Shown here: positions 31,052 to 42,306 of the stretch, piece after piece
How positions within the stretch are numbered: the stretch's first letter is position 1
Layout: the number at the start of each line of letters is the position of its first letter
Assembly (NCBI GenBank): GCA_963555755.3
Contig: OY820905.2
Span: 1,536,001 to 1,600,000, forward strand
DNA from: Nitrospirales bacterium
GTDB lineage: Bacteria; Nitrospirota; Nitrospiria; Nitrospirales; UBA8639
DNA: 64,000 bases
Reading direction: 5' to 3'
The notes under the pieces: generated by a model
What the model was told of the DNA's origin: nothing
Databases searched by the model: none
What the model saw: the letters and a program-made list of their open reading frames with translations, nothing else
Program-made: the position numbers and the translations under genes

Positions 31052-32650
31052 TTATCGTTTTCGGGATGAACGGCGGGGTTTTTCGGTTTCTTCGCCCCAG
31101 CGTGAGAGGAACTTCGTGAGGAAGACGTGTTCATGCGCGGGCACGACGGCGAGGGGTGCCAGCGACAACGAGACCGTTAGGGCAATGTGGTAGCCCACTG
31201 AGCGTGAGGTCACGGCGCGCTGATAGGCAGGATGGGCTTGATTGACCCACACCGTCGAATCGACGAGTCTTCCCAATTCCGTGTCTTCGGGCCTATCCTC
31301 GAATTGAATGACCAAACCATACCGCACGGGCCGACGTGGCCCCCCTTTCTCAGGCAGCAAAGTCATGCCATCTGGTGTGGGCGGAGTGGATGGATTGGAC
31401 GGATTCGGCAACTCGGAATTATTTCCCTCGGGCGGAGTAATCGCCGAAGACTCGTCATGGGACTGTGGCAACTCCTCTGGTTCTTCTTCTGCGTGTGAGG
31501 TCAGCAATGACGTCACCAGGGCTCGGCCATCCGGCGCATCTCCGCTGGTGCCTAACGGTAACCGTTTTTGCCCACCCAACCGCCGCTCTATCAAAGATCC
31601 TAAAAGGGGAAACGCATTGGAGAGATCTTCTAACACACGTTCCAATTCTCGTTCCATGGGACGCAGCATACGAGGACGGGGTTCGTCCTGAGTGTCACGC
31701 ATATCACCCCATGCCATCAATTGTCGGGACACGGCTTCTTGAATGGCTTTGCGATAGGCCAGAAACGTGGCGCCACGATTCCCCACACGAACGAAGTCCC
31801 CTTTATTAAGGGTCAGGCAACCTGCTAACGCGGGCACTTCGATGAGCCCTCCGATGCGGTCCGGTGTGGTTGGAATCACCCCCAGCCAATCCCACCCGCC
31901 TTTAATCACTTTCCCGAAGGTACTAATCGCCAGCCCCTGCTTGTCTACCGGCAACCGATGGCTGCTACGGAACAGATAGCCGATGGCCGAGGGCTTCCGT
32001 TTTCGCAACAACCGAATTTCCAATGCCGCTTCTTCCCCTTCCATGTCATGCTCTTTTTTCAAGCGTGTGCCATTGACAAAGATGGCAATACCTTTTGGAT
32101 AGTGAGTCACAAACAGATGTTCAAATGCAGGGTCTAACAGTGGTTGGAAATGCCGCCGAATACTGCCTTCGACAAAACCCGGATCAAGGAGTGGAGACAA
32201 GGCATTCTGCAAGGTGAGACGCACGGCCGTGCCTTGCTCAGCCACGAGTCCAGCCGGAGGAACCCACTTCCATGGTGCGCGATGCCGTGACGATAGATGC
32301 CATGAAGTTGCCACATGAGTTTTGCCGCGACGGGTTTCCGTCATCACTTCCTGACAGACCAGCAACCCAAGTTTGATCCCCACTCCGGCAAATCCGATTC
32401 CTTGGCCACGCACCTTGGAACTGGCGGCAATGTCATGGTATCGGCTCAAGGCCCGCCGTTGCATGCCGGAACCATTATCCACGACAGTGAGCGTGCTTCG
32501 AGACGCATCAACCGAAAAGGACAGACGGCTCGCGCCGGAATCTAAGGAATTCGCCACGATCTCGGTCAGGATGGTGTCCTCTAATGCCTCGGGATAGGCA
32601 TCACGAAGATCTTCTAATAGATGGAGTAAATCGACTCGGGTTTCGCCCAC
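31052..32650 (-). CDS. Stand-alone GHKL (HATPase_c_3/MORC-like) ATPase
   Basis: EIVANSLD, DNGSGM, GFAGVG Bergerat motifs; C-terminal VWVNQAHP. Confidence 0.78.
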   Translation of the reverse strand: MGETRVDLLHLLEDLRDAYPEALEDTILTEIVANSLDSGASRLSFSVDASRSTLTVVDNGSGMQRRALSRYHDIAASSKVRGQGIGFAGVGIKLGLLVCQEVMTETRRGKTHVATSWHLSSRHRAPWKWVPPAGLVAEQGTAVRLTLQNALSPLLDPGFVEGSIRRHFQPLLDPAFEHLFVTHYPKGIAIFVNGTRLKKEHDMEGEEAALEIRLLRKRKPSAIGYLFRSSHRLPVDKQGLAISTFGKVIKGGWDWLGVIPTTPDRIGGLIEVPALAGCLTLNKGDFVRVGNRGATFLAYRKAIQEAVSRQLMAWGDMRDTQDEPRPRMLRPMERELERVLEDLSNAFPLLGSLIERRLGGQKRLPLGTSGDAPDGRALVTSLLTSHAEEEPEELPQSHDESSAITPPEGNNSELPNPSNPSTPPTPDGMTLLPEKGGPRRPVRYGLVIQFEDRPEDTELGRLVDSTVWVNQAHPAYQRAVTSRSVGYHIALTVSLSLAPLAVVPAHEHVFLTKFLSRWGEETEKPRRSSRKR

Positions 32651-32875
32651 GTCTTAGCCTCATAGAGGATATGAAAATGAAATTAGGCTCTTCTCCAAAT
32701 CGTGTGGGTAACTTCGATAGGAGATAGGGGTCAGATAGAGATAGGATAGGTGATAGGGGGATAGGGGTCAAATCTTTGGTTGACTAAAAAAGGAAAAGGG
32801 GTCAAATCTTTGGTTGAAAAGGGGTCAAATCTTTGGTTGAGAGTTTCGTTTTTAACTCTTCGGCTTTCTTTTGAA

Positions 32876-33079
32876 AAGGGGTCAAATCTTTGGTTGAGAG
32901 TTTCGTTTTTAACTCTTCGGCTTTCTTTTAGCCACTAACCTTTTTATGTGCAAGTGATCTTCTATTCCGAGAAGGGGGCGTGAGCTGAAGTATTAGTCAA
33001 CAAAAGATTTGACCCCTTTTCCTTTTCAGAATAGCCTAAGCTTTTTGTTTGAAACTCTCAACCAAAGATTTGACCCCTT
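32876..33079. repeat. 204-bp palindrome-ended element (REP doublet-like), copy 1, with partial tandem copies around it (32727-33122)
   Basis: 29-bp inverted ends AAGGGGTCAAATCTTTGGTTGAGAGTTTC / GAAACTCTCAACCAAAGATTTGACCCCTT; matching copy at 36041-36244. Confidence 0.9.
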
Positions 33080-33162
33080 CTCAAGATTTGACCCCTTCTC
33101 CTTCTAAGATTTGACCCCTTCTCATGTTTGAATGTGGCCCTTTTCTCCTCCCTTTTCAGAAT

Positions 33163-33696
33163 TCATTTTTTGAGCTGATTAGCGAATTTATAATCAAAGA
33201 TAAAATGTCCAATCAAACCATCCAAATCTCTTTCCAAATCCTGAATAGTTTTTTTTGATTCAATAAAAATAGGGTCAGGCAACCCATAGGTCCACGTTAC
33301 ACTCCAGGTTCGCACATTAGGAACTCTTTCGGATACAACATTTTCGTAAAGCTCAAGTTTTTGTGAATAAAGAAACTTTCCTTCGCAATCCTCTGACAAA
33401 GGTTTTAAATCTAATGTCAACTTTAGTAAAGGTGAATCACTCTGAGAATCATCATTCACATTTAGTTGTAAACCTTCCTTTTGAAAATGGTTCACCGCAC
33501 GAATAAAAAGACGATCATAGTGTTGGTAAGGAACCCTCAGCATTAATGTTACAGTTTCTAAATCTAATCCCTTTGTGGTCGAAACCAAAGGTTCAGCGTA
33601 GACTGTATTTCCAAAGATTACTATAGACGCAATCATAAACTTGAATACAATCAGAGAAGTGAATTTGCCAAATTCTGGTCTATAGATAATTTTCAT
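33163..33696 (-). CDS. AT-rich hypothetical exported protein, possible immunity protein
   Basis: Signal-like N-terminus; downstream of a putative toxin-tip fragment. Confidence 0.55.
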   Translation of the reverse strand: MKIIYRPEFGKFTSLIVFKFMIASIVIFGNTVYAEPLVSTTKGLDLETVTLMLRVPYQHYDRLFIRAVNHFQKEGLQLNVNDDSQSDSPLLKLTLDLKPLSEDCEGKFLYSQKLELYENVVSERVPNVRTWSVTWTYGLPDPIFIESKKTIQDLERDLDGLIGHFIFDYKFANQLKK

Positions 33697-33762
33697 TCCA
33701 ATTCCCTCTAGAATTTCTTAATCAGAAATAAATTCCATCCAACAAATACGAGATTATACTTT

Positions 33763-33980
33763 TCAAAAAGCCTGATCGTAATTAAGCCTCGAACGGCATG
33801 GCCTACATGGTATAAAATTGCCCTGTCCAGGTCCAAAATTTGTCACGACCGGTGCTTGAGAGGTCCTGGTTATGAAGTCTGGAATTATTTGTAAATAGGC
33901 GGGACCAGTAATTCCATTTACTGCTACCGCAAAGTCTGCGAGACCCCCAAACCCTACTTTTCCTGGCAAATCTGTCCATA
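33763..33980 (-). pseudogene. Orphan C-terminal fragment, possible polymorphic toxin tip
   Basis: Open frame begins at the GGGGTC repeat boundary with no native start; Rhs locus context. Confidence 0.35.
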
Positions 33981-34009
33981 ATGGGGTCATAATGGGGTCA
34001 TAATGGGGT

Positions 34010-34439
34010 CAGGCCTGCGTTAATGCTTTGATATATCCACGAAGCTGAGAGGGAAGCCCATCCTGCCCTCGCACGCTTGCATCTATTTTTCCAATTTGAC
34101 GACTCAAGGTGGAGGCATCACGATTCCAATAAATCCCCACTTCCTGAATGGTTGCCGTACCAACCGGTGTTTTTGATTGATCCACCGGGTATAGCGGAAG
34201 GCCAGATTTTGCATGATTTGGCTCAACGGTTTTTCCTTCACTTGAATGGCAAAATGGAGGTGGTTGGTCATGCAACAGAAACCATTAATCCGATGGCGAT
34301 AGCGCTCGCCTCCCTGGTGGAGCAACCCATACACGTGATGCCGGTCTTCGTCATCGAAGAAAATATCCTGGCCCCCATTCCCCCGAAGAATCATATGATA
34401 AACCCCTCCCGGGACATGAAGTCATGGTTTTCTGGCCAT
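34010..34439 (-). pseudogene. REP-associated tyrosine (HUH/Y1) transposase remnant
   Basis: MARKP*LHVPGGVYHMILRGNGGQDIF...CCMTNHLHF; flanked by inverted repeats GGGGTCAGGCCTGCGTTA (34005) / TAACGCAGGCCTGACCC (to 34492). Confidence 0.85.
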
Positions 34440-34676
34440 GATCCAATCGTCATGGAAGGGACTAGATTATTGCAATAACGCAGGCCTGACCCTATCATGA
34501 CCCTATCACTAAAGGAGAGGAGGAACGCTAGACAGAAGTGGAAGGAGACAGGCTGCTCTTCTTGAGACGGCCATCAAGCAATATGACGTCATGCACGTAT
34601 TCCTGTTCAGAAAATCAGCCTGGCCCCTTTTCCAAGCCCAATTTATTCTTCCAAAAAAGGCTATACTGCGATTCAC

Positions 34677-34976
34677 TCAACGTGGCAAGAGCAGCTTTCT
34701 CCGAACATCTTGAAGCCAACTAAACACATTTGTACCATCGGCGGTTGGATCATAATAACACCCAAGCTGCAATAATAATTCCAAAACTTCAGATTCACTA
34801 CACCCAGAGTTTAAAATCTGCTCCAACTCGAATTGAGCCGCACGAATAGACTCCGGCGGTTCAGACTTTACAAAGTCAGCAATCGCCGGATCCCAAGACT
34901 CATAATCTACAGGCCAATCCTGATGGAAATAACAGCCAAAAAATTGGAACAAGGCCGGATATTTATTTTTCATCAT
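34677..34976 (-). CDS. CdiI-type immunity protein
   Basis: YPALFQFFGCYFHQDW motif; overlaps the toxin stop codon. Confidence 0.8.
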   Translation of the reverse strand: MMKNKYPALFQFFGCYFHQDWPVDYESWDPAIADFVKSEPPESIRAAQFELEQILNSGCSESEVLELLLQLGCYYDPTADGTNVFSWLQDVRRKLLLPR

Positions 34977-36036
34977 GGTGTTGGAAAACCAGTAACAATA
35001 CGAAAGCCTGTAGGCAGTGAAGTCGACCGGTCCAAAATGACTTTAACATTGGAAGCAGGAATAGCCGTTGAGGCACCTCTAGTTACACTAACTCCCACGG
35101 GACTAGGTAAACCATAGGTGATGACTAAACGTTTAGAATTGCCAGCCAAGAAATTTTGAATGGCAGCATGATTTGCTTTTAAGGCTTGCGACACAGCCGA
35201 TTCTGCTATTGCACGATTTAAAAGGATGAAGCTACCTTCAATCCTGGCTCAGAAGCAAGCCTACTTGACAATTGTGCCGCTGTTTGCCCTACATGACGAG
35301 CTAGTAGATGACCTCCAGCACCCTCATGTGCAGCAAGACCACCTCCAGGAACTATTCTACCAAAGCGCCCCTTCGAACCCAATGATAAAAGTTTTAATCC
35401 CCCTCTAAATACTACTCCAGTCCCAAATAGCGTGGCTGTTTCAACGGCAGTATTAGATAATGCAGGGCGTTGTTGCCCAACAGCTTCTGGCCCAAAGGCA
35501 AACTCATAAACATTTGGTGCTGAAAAGATTCCACTGTGTGAATAATCAACCCCAAATGGCGAGGAGTTACTCTGTGATCCAGTTTGGCTTGGCAGCGGAG
35601 TAGCCGTAACTTGAACAGTCTCTAGCGTATAATCGGCTGGGGCAAAATTATTCGATGATGCTGATGATCCTGTAGAACCTGCTGATGTGTCGCGCCCCCA
35701 GCCCCAGTCGTTCTTTAAATCAGTCCACCAATCATTCCACCAGGCATGGCCGGTGGGGTCGGTGTAGATAATGGGGTTATTGCGGACATAGCTGTAGCGA
35801 TTCAGCGCTTGTGGATCCATGGGATCTGGCACGATGGTATCTGGTGAGATGAATCGTCCCAGCACCGGATCGTAGTACCGCGCTTCGTAGAAATAGAGTC
35901 CCGTCTCGTTGTCTAATTCTTGGCCCGTGTATTTATACGCCACATCGGAGGTACCGGTATGGGTGTAGGTGTCGCCGTAGGGATAGTAGGCGTTGTCTTC
36001 TTCACTCACGCCATTGGCATCGGTGAGCACACTCGT
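34973..36036 (-). pseudogene. Orphan Rhs core + CdiA-CT RNase-A-like toxin domain, frameshifted at about 35220
   Basis: YYPYG, YTGQELDNETGLYFYEARYYDP..GRF, YVRNNPI.Y.DPTG; toxin HEGAGGHLLARHVG...ASSF / LNRAIAE...VTGFP. Confidence 0.85.
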
Positions 36037-36040
36037 GAAA

Positions 36041-36244
36041 AAGGGGTCAAATCTTTGGTTGAGAGTTTCGTTTTTAACTCTTCGGCTTTCTTTTAGCCAC
36101 TAACCTTTTTATGTGCAAGTGATCTTCTATTCCGAGAAGGGGGCGTGAGCTGAAGTATTAGTCAACAAAAGATTTGACCCCTTTTCCTTTTCAGAATAGC
36201 CTAAGCTTTTTGTTTGAAACTCTCAACCAAAGATTTGACCCCTT
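36041..36244. repeat. 204-bp palindrome-ended element, copy 2
   Basis: Direct repeat of 32876-33079. Confidence 0.9.
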
Positions 36245-36269
36245 TTTCAACCAAAGATTTGACCCCTTT

Positions 36270-36329
36270 TCCACGGAGCATCACGTGATAGACACCTCCG
36301 GGGACATGCAGTCTGGGTTTCCTGACCAT
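36270..36329 (-). pseudogene. Second RAYT 5' fragment
   Basis: MVRKPRLHVPGGVYHVMLRG, truncated by the GACCCC repeats. Confidence 0.7.
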
Positions 36330-36742
36330 AGTCCAATAATAAGGTAACGGGTAAATTAAGGCAATAGTGCAAGCCTGACCCCGTCATGACCCCGTCATTA
36401 AGGTTTACCGGGCATCGAGAAAAAAGCTCCAGTCCCCTTTCTCAAGTGTCTGTCAATTCCGGGCCACCCCAAGTCTTGACTTAATACTTGAGCTTCCTTC
36501 TGGTCTGCCCATTGGGGGAAGATCAATCGGTGCATGGGAAAGTTAAGCCAGTCCCTGGAAAGCTGGCCACGGCGGAATCGCGCCAAAATTGTATTAAATC
36601 AAGACCTGCCCCCCAACACTGAGCCCCAACACTCTGGAAACCCAGCCACGGCTAGGACAAACGAAAAATATATTAAGTCAAGACCTGACCTCTCCCATTT
36701 GGCTATTGGAGTGAAATATTCAACAGCCCCTGAATGCAATAA

Positions 36743-37115
<373 letters not shown>

Positions 37116-37251
37116 GAGTCTTTCCGAAGGGTCTCTCCAGCCCTGTCCTGAGCGAAAGGCCGCAGCCCTTTTGACGCGCGGAGCGTACAGGGAGTACGTG
37201 AGCACGGCAAAATGGCGAGAACGCCGCTGGCGGCTTTTTTCAACATTCCCT
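37116..37251. repeat. Family B element truncated by the IS110 junction
   Basis: Matches 18731-18870. Confidence 0.8.
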
Positions 37252-37496
37252 TTATCTCCACCGAACAACGCCGAAATATAGCACACCTGTACGAATCTCA
37301 ACCTAAGCCAATTAGGCAAATAATAACTTTCTTTACCTAAGAAACAAGGTACTTTTTGGAAATTCGTTTGGGGTGTTTGTCCTACAAAAGCCGAAGAAGA
37401 GAAAACCCTTTTTAGGAACCAAAACAAAAGGGAATAACGTTCTGGTTAATTCTGGAGAGGAAGGGGGCTAGACTGGAGGCTTCAAGGGGAGAAACG

Positions 37497-38126
37497 CTAT
37501 TCAATCAAACGATAGTCGAGCGCATACTTCATCAGCTCTCGTGTCGTGGTGAGGTGTAATTTCTCTAAGATCCGCGATCGGTGGGTACTGACAGTCTTCG
37601 GACTGATGAACAGCCCGTCGGCAATCTCAGTCGGGGTTTTCCCTTTCCCCAGCAGGCAAAAAATTTCCAGCTCCCGGTCGGACAACCTGTCATGGGGAAC
37701 TCCCTCCCAGGATTGTCCCAATCGGTCGGCAAGTTGTTTGGAAAAAGCCTGACTCACATACTTACCTCCGTCCACCACTTGCCTAACGGCTTTGATAAGT
37801 TCTTCCGTGACGGAATCCTTGGCCAAATATGCCGACGCCCCACCTTGGTACGCACGCATAGCAAATTGTTCCACCGGATGTAGACTGAGAATGATGACAG
37901 GTAAGGTAGGCCGAACCTGCTTCATCTGCTTTAATACATCAAGGCCAGGGAGGTCAGGCAAATTCAGGTCCAGAATCACAGCGTCCCATGCCCCCTCTTT
38001 AACTTTGTCCACTGCTCCCCGCCCCGTTCCCACTTCATCAAAATCTAGATCGGAAAATGCTTGAGACAGGAGTTGTTGGAGACCAAGGCGGACAATGTCA
38101 TGATCATCCGCAACAAGTATCTTCAC
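37497..38126 (-). CDS. NarL/LuxR-family response regulator
   Basis: ILVADDH, ILDLNLP, LSDRELE...ISPKTVSTHRSRI motifs. Confidence 0.93.
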   Translation of the reverse strand: MKILVADDHDIVRLGLQQLLSQAFSDLDFDEVGTGRGAVDKVKEGAWDAVILDLNLPDLPGLDVLKQMKQVRPTLPVIILSLHPVEQFAMRAYQGGASAYLAKDSVTEELIKAVRQVVDGGKYVSQAFSKQLADRLGQSWEGVPHDRLSDRELEIFCLLGKGKTPTEIADGLFISPKTVSTHRSRILEKLHLTTTRELMKYALDYRLIE

Positions 38127-38531
38127 GACGGTCCTTTCATAGTTTTTTTACATACCGGAAGGGTAACCTGCACATGAGTTCCTTCCCCGGGTTTCCCCAC
38201 AATGGTAAATTGCCCACCCAACATCACCGTGCGCTCTTTCATGCCTAGAATCCCTAAGGTATTGGGTGACTCAATCCTCTGAGGAGCAATGCCGATTCCA
38301 TTGTCGGTCATGTCTAAGATGATCGTCTCCTCCCTTAGACTGATCGTGAATTGGACCTTCGAAGCCTGAGCATGGCGCATCACATTGGTGAGAAATTCCT
38401 GAATGGGAATAAAAGGTTTCCCATACAAACATGCTGAAGGCGAAAAGCGTGGTTCCGATCCCTAGCAGAGCTAGAAGGAAATCTAATTTTGAGTGACGGT
38501 ATAGAGTTGGTTGTGTTGGGTAAGATTCCAT
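38123..38531 (-). pseudogene. Sensor histidine kinase remnant (TM N-terminus joined out of frame to HATPase_c)
   Basis: QEFLTNVMRHAQA...DNGIG...LGILGMKER; H-box region absent. Confidence 0.75.
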
Positions 38532-38608
38532 AAATGATTATTTTTGGTGCAGAAAGGTGGTTCAAAAAATCGCACGCTCCAATGCTTGAGAGGGTATGAT
38601 CAACTTGA

Positions 38609-38749
38609 GGGCACCTCTAAAAACCGTCCTTTTCCGTGATGGCGGCGTCAGCCGCGTGCTCACATCCTCATGTATTCGCCCATACACTCCGGTTTTCCGC
38701 GCGCGGCTTCCTTGCCCTCACAAAACATGCCTGGTTGTTAGAGGTGCCC
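38609..38749. mobile_element. MITE family C copy
   Basis: Near-identical to 10718-10858. Confidence 0.88.
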
Positions 38750-38894
38750 TTGCGCCAAATTTGGCTTCGTCAACACATGGAGCGTATTCCCTGATCTCTG
38801 CCCATTCAACATGTTATGTCCAGGTGAATTGTCTGTTCAGGGTCAAATTTTCCTTACGTTGACAATACCCTAGACCTCATAAAAATGGGTGAAT

Positions 38895-38932
38895 AAAAAA
38901 AGCCCTTGGGTGCGTCTCAAGCCCCAAAGGCC
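38895..38932 (-). terminator. Possible intrinsic terminator
   Basis: Hairpin GCCTTTGGG...CCCAAGGGC followed by a T run on the minus strand. Confidence 0.45.
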
Positions 38933-39051
38933 ATCCGTAGTCTCAACAGGGTTATCGTATCGTTAATGGTGGTGGGTTCGGTCGTCTCCTTCGACTCACC
39001 ACCCCATCGTAGTTCAGAAGTAAAGTGTAAAGAACGGGGGTAATGAAAGTA

Positions 39052-40063
39052 TATGCCTTCCCATTTAACTAAGGTTGCTTCAGTTTATTGAATCCCAAGG
39101 GTTTTGAGCTGCTGGTCAGGATTTTCAACAAACTCTGGAAGGTACTCATTGGAGTCTCACGGCGGTTATAGCGAAAGACAAACTCATCAAGATAGTGTTG
39201 CAGGTATTTTGAATCCACTCCATGGTGAATCCCGTTCAGCCAGGTCTGCAGATTGCCGAACGCTCTATGGATGTGTGGAGCGTGCTTCCCAGCACTTGCT
39301 GGGTCACCCTGGGTCCGTCTCAGGTGTTCGTATCCTGCCAAGGCTTTTGCCGAGTATCCCTTCCAACCATCGGACTTGATCTTACTGCCCTCAGCGACAT
39401 GGCTATTGAGGAATGCTTTGATCTCGTTCTCTCCAGCGTCTTGAAGAATCGCTAATCGTAAACGCCCTGCTTTCTCTCGAAAGTGATCCCCTTGTGTGTA
39501 CGTGACAATTTCTACGGCTCCGGCTATTAACGTCTTGGTTTTCGCTTTCGCGACGCCACGGCCCGTTTTGCCTTTTACCGGTCCACCGATATGGGTTTCA
39601 TCGGCTTCAACTGTTCCTGCGAGCCGTTCACGGTTCTGTCGTATCATTCCTCGTCGCAATCTGTGGAGCAAATACCAGGCGCTATCCACCTTCTTGATAC
39701 TGAGTTGACGCTGCAATTGCACAGCACTGATGCCAGGTGTGTGCGTGGAGACGAAATAGGCAGCCCAAAACCAAAGCCGTAGCGGCAAGTGCGATCTATG
39801 CATCACTGTGCCGCTTAGCGGTGATGTCTGTCTATGACACGACGAACACTCAAACCGGAAATATTTTTTGAGCCACCAACCACCGCGATGACCGCAAGCT
39901 GGACACATAAACCCGTCTGGCCACCGAATCGCCCGCAAGTACTCGAAGCACGCTTCTTCGGTGTGGAACCTAACAGAAAAATCCAAGATATCAGCAGCAT
40001 ACCCTGTGTCCATAGTCCAGCAGACTAGTCTAGGGACTAACCTTAGTCAAATGGGAAGGCATA
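39052..40063 (-). mobile_element. IS1595-family insertion sequence
   Basis: Inverted repeats TATGCCTTCCCATTTAACTAAGG / CCTTAGTCAAATGGGAAGGCATA; 8-bp target duplication TGAAAGTA. Confidence 0.93.
39069..40013 (-). CDS. IS1595 (ISXO2-like) transposase
   Basis: Zn ribbon RWPDGFMCPACG, VEADETHIGG, SDGW, YLDEFVFRYNRR motifs. Confidence 0.94.
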   Translation of the reverse strand: MDTGYAADILDFSVRFHTEEACFEYLRAIRWPDGFMCPACGHRGGWWLKKYFRFECSSCHRQTSPLSGTVMHRSHLPLRLWFWAAYFVSTHTPGISAVQLQRQLSIKKVDSAWYLLHRLRRGMIRQNRERLAGTVEADETHIGGPVKGKTGRGVAKAKTKTLIAGAVEIVTYTQGDHFREKAGRLRLAILQDAGENEIKAFLNSHVAEGSKIKSDGWKGYSAKALAGYEHLRRTQGDPASAGKHAPHIHRAFGNLQTWLNGIHHGVDSKYLQHYLDEFVFRYNRRETPMSTFQSLLKILTSSSKPLGFNKLKQP

Positions 40064-40402
40064 TGAAAGTAAATTGGGTGTATTAGCTAGGTGAAGACCT
40101 TAAGAACGAATGGGATATCGAGAAGATGGAGCTGCCAGGGACAACGAAGCCCCCGCGACGCCCGGACAAACTACGCGAGATTCGGTTTAAATACTATTTC
40201 TGGGCAGTTCTGGCGATGGGGGTACGGGAACGACACCTAGGGCTTCTTTTTTGCCAGAGGGGATCAAGCGTACCCATCATGGCATACCCAAATCATAAAA
40301 ATCCGCAGTATCGTTGCCATTCTCCTCCTGCCCATCCTCGCGGCGCTCGAAGATCCCACCGTGATCATCAAGATTCTGGGCCACCTGGGCCTACCCCGCC
40401 GC

Positions 40403-42306
40403 CAGGGCTATTTCATTGTAACGTGTAACGTCATCAATCATAAGAAATAATTGCTTGCGGCTGGCTTTTTCGTTTCGTTTGAGGCATACTCTTGTGTATG
40501 CCCAACGAAGCGCCCCACGAACATCCGGCCATCGATCTTCGCCAAATCGTGGTTCGGCCGATTGTCCGTGACGAGAAGGACACCTTCACGACCCTGCTCG
40601 CCCACCATCACTACCTCGGGCCTGCCCCGCTGATTGGCCAATCGATCCAATACCTCGCCTGTGTGCAGGATCGCTGGCTGGCCTTGTTGGTGTTTGCGGC
40701 GGCGGCGCTCAAATCGCACGCCCGCGACCACTGGATCGGCTGGGCTCCCTGTTTTCACTGGCAACGGCTCCATTTACTGGCCAACAACACCCGGTTTCTC
40801 ATCCTGCCGGGCTGTTCGCAACCGAACCTCGCCTCGAAAGTCCTGTCGCTCTGCACGAAACGGATTGCGGCCGATTGGCACCAGTGCCACGGCTATCCCT
40901 TGCTTCTCTTAGAAACCTTTGTCGATCCTGCCCGCTTCCACGGAACCTGCTATCGAGCGGCCGGCTGGCACGAGCTCGGGCTGACCCGAGGGTTTCGCAA
41001 GTCCAATACACAGTATATTCAGCATGACCGCCCCAAACGCATCCTGGTCAGGAGTCTGCATCCCCACGCCCGAGCCATCCTGACACACCCGATGCTCCCT
41101 CAGCCCTATCAGAAAGGAGACGCGCCGCAGATGCGATTGAATACCAAACAGACGGACTCCCTCTTGACCTATGTGGGGCAATTGACCGATCCCCGGAGTT
41201 TGCAAGGACAACGGCATCCCCGACGTGCCCTCACCGCGATCATGTTCTGTGCCACCTTGTGCGGTGCCCGCGGCTCTGAAGCCATCTCGGACTGGGCCCA
41301 GCATGTCTCGCAGCCGATGCGAAGGCGGCTGGGCTGTCGCCAACGAGGGGGACGCTACATCGTCCCCAGCCGCAGCACCCTCTACCGGTTTATCAATGCC
41401 GTCGATCCCTGTGAAGTCGACCACCTGCTCGGCCGGTGGCTGGCCACCTTCGGAGGGGAGGATCCGGGCATCGCCATTGATGGCAAGACCATGCGGGGGA
41501 CCTCGAAGGACCCGCGCAACCAGACTCATGTCCTCAGTGCCGTCACCCATCAAGCGGGTCGCCACCTCACCCCAAAAAAGTTGACACCAAGACCCATGAG
41601 ATCACCTGCGTGCAGCCCTTGTTAGAGGAAGTCGAGATCGCGGGCACGGTCATCACGGCGGATGCGCTCCTGACCCAGAAAGCGATCGCTGAGTACCTTG
41701 TGCAAGAACGGGGGGCCGACTTCGTCTTCACCGTCAAGGAGAACCAGCCGACCTTGAAGCGCGCCATTGCGGCCTTGGGGTTGCGAGCACGACGGGGTGA
41801 TGCGGAAACGACCGAGAAAGGCCACGGGCGGATCACGACCCGGCGGATCTGGTGCGACGACTCCCTGAAGGCCTCTCTCACCTTTCCTCATGTGCAGCAA
41901 GTCTGCTGCATTGAGCGGGAAGTCACGCATCGCAAGAAGGGCCTCACGACGGTCGAGGCGGTCTACGGCATCACGAGTCAGTCACCAGCAAAGGCGCTGC
42001 CAGAGAAAATTCTCGCGCAAAACCGGAAACATTGGAGCGTGGAGAATAAGCAGCATGATGTGCTGGATGGCACCTGTGATGAAGACCGCAGTCAGATCAG
42101 AAGTCTCAATGGGCCGAGGGTCATGACCTGTCTGCGATGCGCAGCCATCAGTCTCTTACGAATCAAAGGGATCACCAATATCGCGCAGGCCTGTCGATGG
42201 CTGTGGGCCAAGCCGCATGTCGCGATCCGCATGGTGTTGCCCTAAAAAAAGAAAAGACAACACCCTCATGAAACCACTTGCTTATAAAAAGAATGAAATG
42301 GCCCTG
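40403..42306 (+). mobile_element. ISAs1-family element with DUF4338 fusion (copy 2, diverged)
   Basis: Inverted repeats CAGGGCTATTTCA / TGAAATGGCCCTG; no target duplication. Confidence 0.9.
40498..42245 (+). CDS. DUF4338-ISAs1 transposase with -1 frameshift at 41574-41580
   Basis: Paralog of 16381-18128; A AAA AAG at the frame junction. Confidence 0.85.

Noticed and set aside
32727..33122. Possible CRISPR array (repeated GGGGTCAAATCTTTGGTTGA)
   Set aside because: Irregular spacing, duplicated spacer, repeats in both orientations and no cas genes; fits REP-like elements
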